DNA from: Sulfurisphaera tokodaii str. 7
Lineage (GTDB): Archaea; Thermoproteota; Thermoprotei_A; Sulfolobales; Sulfolobaceae
DNA length: 24,000 nt
Direction of reading: 5' to 3'
Assembly (NCBI RefSeq): GCF_000011205.1
Contig: NC_003106.2
Location: 2,509,938 to 2,533,937 of the forward strand
Shown here: piece by piece, positions 8,906-14,990 of the stretch
How the letters are laid out: each line of letters opens with the position of its first letter
Position numbering within the stretch: the first letter of the stretch is position 1
Notes under the pieces: model-generated
What the model saw: the letters and a program-made list of their open reading frames with translations, nothing else
The model's database searches: none
What the model was told of the DNA's origin: nothing
Position numbers and translations under genes: made by a program

Positions 8906-9573
8906 TTACGAGCTTAATTGAGAATATATTTGTTTATTAAGCATAAGCATGTAAGTTACTCTTGGTACTTTAAGCTCTTTACTATTCCTGTAATCCCACT
9001 ACTTTAGAAACATATTCTTATTTCTATAAATTTTTTGAAATAACCAATCCTATATCGCAAGATACTGTTAGTTCTAAACCTGCATCAAATACATATCCGT
9101 CTAGAACATCTATTACTGGTTTAGATATCCTCTCCGAAATTGATAAATCTTCTCTTCAGTTCATCAAAACCTCTAGTGTTAGTTAAAAAACTCACTTAAA
9201 TCCCTTCTCGAGTTGAAAGCCTTACATCCTTCTACGATGGATTTCACGAACGAACAAAACTGAGTATTATAAGAGTAAAACAAATAAATTGCAAGGAGAA
9301 AATAACATAGTTCTGTAGTTCTAAGAGGTAAAACACCCTTTCGTTAGAATGTGCTGTAACGTCTCTAAAACTATCTAATAAAAAGGTCAAATCCGAGTAT
9401 TGAGGACTTGAACAAATTATTCTGGGAGCTGAATAGAGTTAGCACAATGCAAAGAAACATGGTATTATGACCACAAAGGATATATAGGGTTTACTATATA
9501 TCTAGCGTACTTTTATAACGTAAACTCGTCTTACCCAAATACTAGAAGTAAGCATCTTCATCCATATACTCAT
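8906..9573 (-). pseudogene. Possible decayed gene remnant(s) with in-frame stops and frameshifts
   Basis: On the minus strand one frame runs 9573-9244 (110 codons) interrupted only by TAG (9502-9504) and TAA (9439-9441). Further protein-like pieces lie in shifted frames: 'VKSIVEGCKAFNSRRDLSEFF', 'TRGFDELKRRFINFGEDI', 'ISKPVIDVLDGYVFDAGLELTVSCDIGLVISKNL' and 'WDYRNSKELKVPRVTYMLMLNKQIYSQLSS'. I could not assign a family. Confidence 0.25.
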
Positions 9574-9815
9574 AATCTCCTGTTAAAGAATAACCATTCT
9601 TAAAGTTTTTCTATATTAACATTTTAAGAAAAATTTAAAAATTGATAGCTTAAAAACAAATCATATTATTTCTATCTCAAATCAATTGAATAGTATATTT
9701 TATTCTAAAACAAATTATAGATATTAATTTAATTGTTTGAATTATTAAATATAATGATTTTCCGATAAGTGTTAAATGATTTTTATCTGCGATCACTTTT
9801 TAATATATAAATTAA

Positions 9816-10022
9816 CTATAATGATCTCTCGTTTTCTTTAAGATAATCTATATAACTCATAATGGCATCTCTTATTAGGTCACTCCTATTATTATAGCCC
9901 AATCTTTTGACTAAGTCATCTATTGTTTTTAAAAAATCTTCATCAAGTTTAAATGTTATTACATGTATCTCTTCCATGTCTAAAATATAAGTATTTTCAT
10001 CAAGTTTGATAGTCTTTTCCAT
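9816..10022 (-). CDS. Ribbon-helix-helix (CopG/Arc/MetJ-type) DNA-binding protein
   Basis: 'VITFKLDEDFLKTIDDLVKRLGYNNRSDLIRDAIMSYI' shows the beta-strand, helix, G-turn, helix pattern. GGGGT lies about 9 nt upstream of the ATG at 10022. An alternative start is M16 at 9977. Confidence 0.75.
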   Translation of the reverse strand: MEKTIKLDENTYILDMEEIHVITFKLDEDFLKTIDDLVKRLGYNNRSDLIRDAIMSYIDYLKENERSL

Positions 10023-10045
10023 TATAATAACCCCATTATTAATAA

Positions 10046-10101
10046 TAGATTACTAGATTATAAATGTTATATTTGAGTTAACTATGATAAATAGATAAAT
10101 T
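10046..10101. promoter_or_regulatory. Two pairs of tandem octamers plus a TATA-like box upstream of the RHH gene (candidate operator)
   Basis: TAGATTAC-TAGATTAT occupies 10046-10061 and GATAAATA-GATAAATT occupies 10086-10101. A TTTATAA box (minus strand, about 10058-10064) overlaps the first pair, about 39 nt from the ATG. Confidence 0.3.
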
Positions 10102-10187
10102 ATACGATGAAATATTAAGATTTTAGTTTTATAAATAGGATCTTCTATCATATTGTTAAAAATCTTCAAATATGTGACATAGAAATT

Positions 10188-10994
10188 TTAATCGGAATTC
10201 ATCTGCTTAGTATATTTATTCGCAGTTATTTTCATACTTAGATATTCTATAATTATATCTATATTAGGAAGTTCTATTTCCAAGGGATTTTCCAGATATT
10301 CTTTATTAAAGGGTACCGGCACTATTAGAGGGTCTCTAAAGTACTTTCTTATTTTTTCATAATTTATCTGATAATCTGATTTCACTTGGTTGATTACTAT
10401 AATTATTGGATTAAATAACTTTACTTTATCTATTATGGGAAATTTTTTCTTAAGTAAATCATTTAAGAAATCATTTATTGGTAACATCATTCTTAAAGTG
10501 TATTCTATTATATCATCTGGGGGCGTTAAAACAACTATTGCCCTATACGTAAATTCATTTGTAATCAAGATCCAATTATAAAGAAATTTTTCAAAACATT
10601 CATCTGTAAATAAAGACGGGTTATCAATCACTATATTCTCGTAACTAAAATAATATTTTTTAAATTCTTCCATAAGGTGTTTATCATCTGCTGAGAGAAA
10701 TTCGGGGCTACATCCCATATTAACTACTCTTAATGAATCAAAATCCTTCCAATAAATCCCTCTAGGAAATTTATCTTTTATTCCAAAATGGCTAGAAATT
10801 GTTGTCGATAAAGATCTATCTATTAATATTGTAGGTTGATACTTTGATAGTTCCTTAGCTATTTGGTATGAAATTGTTGATTTACCTACTCCACCCTTTA
10901 GACTAGTAACATTTACCACTCCCATATAATCTCTATTTGGTAAAGATATTGATAAATATAATATTATATTCTCTATGTGAAGATGTTTAAACAT
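10188..10994 (-). CDS. ParA/MinD-family P-loop ATPase (deviant Walker A)
   Basis: 'SLKGGVGKST' has the KGGxGK[ST] motif with the signature Lys. 'TILIDRS' is Walker A'-like and 'IVIDNPS' is Walker B-like. The likely true start is M24 (10925), which gives 'MGVVNVTSLKGG...'. Confidence 0.85.
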   Translation of the reverse strand: MFKHLHIENIILYLSISLPNRDYMGVVNVTSLKGGVGKSTISYQIAKELSKYQPTILIDRSLSTTISSHFGIKDKFPRGIYWKDFDSLRVVNMGCSPEFLSADDKHLMEEFKKYYFSYENIVIDNPSLFTDECFEKFLYNWILITNEFTYRAIVVLTPPDDIIEYTLRMMLPINDFLNDLLKKKFPIIDKVKLFNPIIIVINQVKSDYQINYEKIRKYFRDPLIVPVPFNKEYLENPLEIELPNIDIIIEYLSMKITANKYTKQMNSD

Positions 10995-11017
10995 TCTTTG
11001 AAATATTTAAATTCGTT

Positions 11018-11242
11018 TTAATTATTTTTATTCTTAGTACTGGAGACACCTATAATTATAGTACCTATTAATAAGCAGAAGTAAGAGTAATTTCCCAATA
11101 TTAATGATAATATTTGTTTATTAGAATAAAATATAGCTGATAATATTAATTCAATGATCCCTGTTAAAATAAAAGCTCTACCCACGTTTTGTAGTTTCAC
11201 TTTTATCCACCCTCTGTAAGATAAAATAGAATGAAGCAACAA
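11018..11242 (-). CDS. Small two-TM membrane protein (start uncertain)
   Basis: Two hydrophobic segments are present. A GTG at 11185 overlaps the upstream gene's TAG (GTGGGTAG) and would give a 55-aa product, 'MGRAFILTGIIELILSAIF...'. Confidence 0.4.
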   Translation of the reverse strand: MLLHSILSYRGWIKVKLQNVGRAFILTGIIELILSAIFYSNKQILSLILGNYSYFCLLIGTIIIGVSSTKNKNN

Positions 11243-11690
11243 AGATTATAGTAAGTAGTAGGGTCTCAATATTATATTTGCTTTCATCAATATTATGGTG
11301 TAAGAAATAAGAGGGAATTGGTTTGTTAATTCCCGGTCCTAAGGGTATGCTTGCCCCTATTAAGGTTGCGTTAATTCCATTACCAAGGTAATGTATAACT
11401 ATCCCGTTATATTTATCCACATAGATTACAAAATTATGCTCATGGATTATCCCCACCTCTATTCCGTCATATTGAGTAATATTATTTGATGTCATATTAT
11501 CATTAATAAGAAGAAAAGATGGATAATGTACTACATAGGATAAAGTTACATTATGCGAAATTACAGTCATATTTACAAGAATAGAAGAAGTAGAAGCCAT
11601 GTTAAGTATTGTTATTAGTAGGTAATAATGTGTGTAATTTCCAGATATTAAATAAAGTAAGGTAATATTGATAAAATCCAACTTTTTCAC
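11178..11690 (-). CDS. Sequon-rich membrane protein with a C-terminal TM anchor and basic tail
   Basis: There are seven N-x-S/T sequons in 170 aa. The C-terminal 'LLLTIIFVASFYFIL' is followed by 'QRVDKSETTKRG'. It abuts the stop of the ArnR-like gene (TAGGTGAAAAAGTTG), so the start could be GTG 11690 or TTG 11681. Confidence 0.55.
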   Translation of the reverse strand: MKKLDFINITLLYLISGNYTHYYLLITILNMASTSSILVNMTVISHNVTLSYVVHYPSFLLINDNMTSNNITQYDGIEVGIIHEHNFVIYVDKYNGIVIHYLGNGINATLIGASIPLGPGINKPIPSYFLHHNIDESKYNIETLLLTIIFVASFYFILQRVDKSETTKRG

Positions 11691-12545
11691 CTATTTAGCT
11701 GTTATATACGCGTATACACTTAATAAAGTAAAGAAAATTAATACATAAAGCCAGACTATACCTATATAGCGCATAAAAGGTACATTAAGATAATATATTA
11801 TAATAGGGGAAGTTAACGCTAAGAATATCATAATTTTTATTAAAGCAGTATCATAACGTAAGCTAAAAGTCACTTTTAATAAAAATCTTAAAAATATATT
11901 ATTCTTCATTTTTATTAAACTCGGAATTCTATATGCTAATTTTTTTCCTTCACTAGTTATGATATAACATTGTTTTGCGTGTCCAAATAAAGTTTTTTTA
12001 TTAATCTTTTTAAAAATACCTTTTTCTGCAAACAAGTCAATATAATATTTTAGTGTCTGAGTAGATATTCCTAATTCCCTTGATACTTTTTCAACTGGTA
12101 ATACATCACTGTTAATTAACGATGCTTTTAGCATTTCAATTAAATAGAAATATTGTATAGAGTTATTAAGCGGTATTTCATCTTCAATTTTAGGTAAAGT
12201 AGTATAGTGTGTAAGGTCATTTAGTTTATTTAATATCTCTTTTCCTTTTTCAGATAAATCATATATATCATATTTAATCTTAACAACTAATTCTTTATCA
12301 GTTAGTTTCCGTATAGCATCAAGTACAGCCTTTCTACTATTGTTAGTTGCTTCTGCAATTTCAGAAACAGAGGAAGGACCTTTTGATGCAATATATAATA
12401 AAATATCCCATTGGATTTTAGCTCTTCCAAAATCAACAATTGAGTCTAATTCTCTTAAGACGTCGAATATATTATGATTCATATCATCAAATAATTTATA
12501 TCTTCGTCTATTTAAATATTGATAATGATTATACAAACGTAACAA
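11691..12545 (-). CDS. arnR: ArnR-family membrane-bound transcription regulator (two wHTH domains plus two C-terminal TM helices)
   Basis: wHTH 1 is 'GPSSVSEIAEATNNSRKAVLDAIRKLTDKELV'. wHTH 2 is 'VEKVSRELGISTQTLKYYIDLFAEKGIF'. The C-terminal TMs are 'IKIMIFLALTSPIIIYYL' and 'IGIVWLYVLIFFTLLSVYAYI'. The architecture and the arl-adjacent position match ArnR/ArnR1 of S. acidocaldarius. The ATG at 12482 (M22) has a TATA-like TATTTAAATA about 31 nt upstream. Confidence 0.65.
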   Translation of the reverse strand: MLRLYNHYQYLNRRRYKLFDDMNHNIFDVLRELDSIVDFGRAKIQWDILLYIASKGPSSVSEIAEATNNSRKAVLDAIRKLTDKELVVKIKYDIYDLSEKGKEILNKLNDLTHYTTLPKIEDEIPLNNSIQYFYLIEMLKASLINSDVLPVEKVSRELGISTQTLKYYIDLFAEKGIFKKINKKTLFGHAKQCYIITSEGKKLAYRIPSLIKMKNNIFLRFLLKVTFSLRYDTALIKIMIFLALTSPIIIYYLNVPFMRYIGIVWLYVLIFFTLLSVYAYITAK

Positions 12546-12548
12546 CTA

Positions 12549-12932
12549 CTACGAATTCTTTATAATATTAATTAAATAATCAATTCCCTCATATAAATTC
12601 ATAGTTATTACTTTTGAGTTAAACTTTATAATTAAATTATTCCCATTTATTACTATAGTATTATCTTTGAGAGTATTCATTGACTGTAACTGAGTAGTAA
12701 CTATAAATTTTTTCCTTACTAACTCTTCGGCATTTTTACCATAGACCATAGAGATATATTTATAGAAAGTTTTTTCATTCTTTATATTAGGAATTCTTGA
12801 TTCTTCTATTAAATATATAGATAATAATATTACTAATAGTATGAGAATATACGTTTTTAAATCTGCAATTATGATCATTAATGTTGAGTTTATACCAACT
12901 AACATTATTTTATATAATTCTTTCACATTCAT
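12549..12932 (-). CDS. Bitopic membrane protein (N-terminal TM plus an ~80-aa soluble domain), unknown function
   Basis: A GGTGA SD overlaps the upstream stop, 6 nt before the ATG at 12932. The N-terminal hydrophobic stretch is 'TLMIIIADLKTYILILLVILLSIYLI'. Confidence 0.6.
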   Translation of the reverse strand: MNVKELYKIMLVGINSTLMIIIADLKTYILILLVILLSIYLIEESRIPNIKNEKTFYKYISMVYGKNAEELVRKKFIVTTQLQSMNTLKDNTIVINGNNLIIKFNSKVITMNLYEGIDYLINIIKNS

Positions 12933-12936
12933 TTTC

Positions 12937-14403
12937 TCACCCTAAATAAGGAACACTATTAATACTCATGTAAACTCCCCAAAGTATTAGGAATAGGATT
13001 ACTAGATATGAGATACTGAGTCTCTTTAGACTATTTACTGCATAAGCAGTTGGGATAAATAATGGCAAATCTATTACTAAATTACTTGCTGGTTGAAGCA
13101 CTATAATACCTAGCAAAGATATTACGTAGAGAGATTTTAGGATTCCATTAAGATATCTTGTCCCATATGCCGAAAGCAAATAGTAAATGAGAGCATTATT
13201 TGAACCCCAGCTTATCACAGCAATTTGATAGACTAATTGGTTAAAATTAAATAATCCTATCGGTACTGGGAAAATTCCCGCAAAGATTGCATAAAGTCCA
13301 GTTATAGTGAAAGGTATTATTGAAAATAAATATATGATTTCATATTTAGAAGGCTTAGTTTTCTTAAAAATAAACATAAATAAATAGTAGATTATAATAG
13401 CTGAGGATAACTGGGCCCAGGCATAAATATGGGATAAAAGTGCAAGAAAAGAGAGCAATATGGCTAATGCTAATCTCTTTCTCTTAATAAGGTATGAAAT
13501 AGATATAAACATTAAAGAAATTGAAAACAAATTGGCCTCTAATCCAGAATAAAGAAAGGTTATAAGCATAGGAGACACAGCAGCCAATAAAGCAGATAGG
13601 TTTGCTATTTTATTATCTATAGCCGAAGCTAGTTTATATGCAGAATATACATAAAGTAGTGAAATAAATACGAATTCGTAAAATGCTACTTGATACGGTC
13701 CGAATACGAGGGATAAAGAATAAAGCATTAGCAAATATAACGGCCTAGAATAGAAGAACCAACCATCAAAAGTGGGATGTAAAAGCCATGAATAATAATA
13801 TGTAAAGTCAACAGTTTCTGGTATTTTAGCAGGATTAATAAAGGGAATATATGGAATTAAAGCAATTAGTAATACTAAAACATAAGGCAAAAATAACGGT
13901 ATTCTAATACGTATATTACTTTTTCCGTTTAACAATGCAAATAGAATCCCAGAAAACCAAATAATAGGAATAGCTATTGGCAATCCGCTATTAAGTATTA
14001 ATAATGGGACAGAGAAATAAGAGTTAATACCGAGTAGTATCCTCAACAGTAACCACGTTATCATAGACGAATTTACTGTTATCAGGACATAAGTAATAAC
14101 TGAGCTAACCCCTTTCCTTAATTCATAAATGATCGGAATAAGGAGAAGAATAGGTGTTAATTGTAATGAATAAAAAGAGAGTAAAGATAATGGTAATAAA
14201 AATGCGTATCTCCTAGGATTATATAATACCATTAATGCAGCTGACAATATATTAAAGAACATTGAAGCTAACTTCCATTCGAAGACTGGATAATATGTTA
14301 TTCTATTTATTGTTATGTAAATACCATTTCCTAGAGAGTATGCAATAATTAAAATGAGTGCACTAATCCAAGGAATATTTGCACTTTTAGCTAATTTTAT
14401 CAT
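12937..14403 (-). CDS. Polytopic membrane protein, GT-C-fold (PMT_2/ArnT-like) glycosyltransferase candidate with an ~190-aa N-terminal TM extension
   Basis: It has about 13 hydrophobic segments and no Cys. 'ETVDFTYYYSWLLHPTFDGWFFYSRPLYLLMLYSLSLVFGP...AYKLASAI...ALLAAVSPMLI...' follows the GT39/GT83 pattern (acidic-x-x-YY loop, then PPLY, FG, sP). A GGTGA SD lies 7 nt before the ATG at 14403. Confidence 0.6.
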   Translation of the reverse strand: MIKLAKSANIPWISALILIIAYSLGNGIYITINRITYYPVFEWKLASMFFNILSAALMVLYNPRRYAFLLPLSLLSFYSLQLTPILLLIPIIYELRKGVSSVITYVLITVNSSMITWLLLRILLGINSYFSVPLLILNSGLPIAIPIIWFSGILFALLNGKSNIRIRIPLFLPYVLVLLIALIPYIPFINPAKIPETVDFTYYYSWLLHPTFDGWFFYSRPLYLLMLYSLSLVFGPYQVAFYEFVFISLLYVYSAYKLASAIDNKIANLSALLAAVSPMLITFLYSGLEANLFSISLMFISISYLIKRKRLALAILLSFLALLSHIYAWAQLSSAIIIYYLFMFIFKKTKPSKYEIIYLFSIIPFTITGLYAIFAGIFPVPIGLFNFNQLVYQIAVISWGSNNALIYYLLSAYGTRYLNGILKSLYVISLLGIIVLQPASNLVIDLPLFIPTAYAVNSLKRLSISYLVILFLILWGVYMSINSVPYLG

Positions 14404-14884
14404 ATTTTCTCACCATTTTTACTAAGAGCAACGATGTAGCAAAAGTAAATAATACGCCGGTGATAATAAATTTTGATTTCTTATTAAATATATGAATATC
14501 AGCTAGTTTATATAAATTAGGAAAAGAATCATTAGCTATTCCAGGGAAATTGGCACTTACTAAGCATGAAAGGGAATTATTATTGATTTTTTCTTTTAAT
14601 ATTAATCCATTTTTTGCAACTATTAAATTTCTGCTATTATATGCTAAAATTTTATGTCCATTCAGAGTATAATAAGTTATATTTCCTGATATATTTGAAA
14701 AAATTTGTTGTGGTTCTAAAGATACATTATAAATTAAAATTGTATGACTATTAGGATTTATTACATACATTGTAACAAATTTTAAAGTCAAATTATTAAT
14801 AAAAACATAAATTATATAAAATGTAATATTATGATCAATAACCCTATATTCTAAAAATATAGGAGTCATCAAAATTATATGCAA
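14387..14884 (-). CDS. Sequon-rich protein with a C-terminal TM anchor and basic tail
   Basis: There are seven N-x-S/T sequons. The C-terminal 'FIITGVLFTFATSLLLV' is followed by 'KMVRKYDKIS'. The ORF-track start is a TTG. The ATG at 14869 lies about 26 nt from the TATA-like CTTTTAAAGA (14891-14900, minus strand), which fits a leaderless start. Confidence 0.55.
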   Translation of the reverse strand: MHIILMTPIFLEYRVIDHNITFYIIYVFINNLTLKFVTMYVINPNSHTILIYNVSLEPQQIFSNISGNITYYTLNGHKILAYNSRNLIVAKNGLILKEKINNNSLSCLVSANFPGIANDSFPNLYKLADIHIFNKKSKFIITGVLFTFATSLLLVKMVRKYDKIS

Positions 14885-14990
14885 ATTTAGTCTTTAAAAG
14901 GATATCCGATTCTTCGTCGACTGGTAGTCGAAAGTAAGCTGAAGATTTTTAAAAACAATCGGAGCAAGATTACTTAGAAAGTGAGAAAAA
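14885..14990. promoter_or_regulatory. Divergent promoter region between the membrane-protein block and arlB
   Basis: A palindromic TATA TTTTTAAAAA (14946-14955) lies about 40 nt before the arlB ATG, with GTGAG (14981-14985) as an SD. An inverted repeat TCGAC-N5-GTCGA (14917-14931) sits upstream of the TATA. A second TATA-like TCTTTAAAAG (14891-14900) serves the minus-strand gene. Confidence 0.45.

Noticed and set aside
9600-10022. RHH as the antitoxin of a VapBC/RelBE-type toxin-antitoxin pair
   Set aside because: On the minus strand, the ~200 nt downstream of the RHH stop have no ATG-initiated ORF of useful length, and no PIN or RelE-like sequence is seen. A fully decayed toxin cannot be excluded.
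10390-10581. 63-aa plus-strand ORF inside the ParA-like gene
   Set aside because: It is antisense to a CDS with clear Walker motifs.
11018-11242. Type IV pilin/archaellin-like class III signal peptide in the small ORF ('GRAFILTGIIELILSAIF')
   Set aside because: It lacks the [KR]-G/A cleavage context seen in arlB (KRKG|LAG). The resemblance to the bacterial G-FTLIEL motif is short and the ORF start is uncertain.
12937-14403. Archaeosortase/exosortase acting on the two C-terminally anchored neighbours
   Set aside because: The 488-aa protein contains no cysteine at all. Exosortase and archaeosortase enzymes need a catalytic Cys. A GT-C-like reading fits better.
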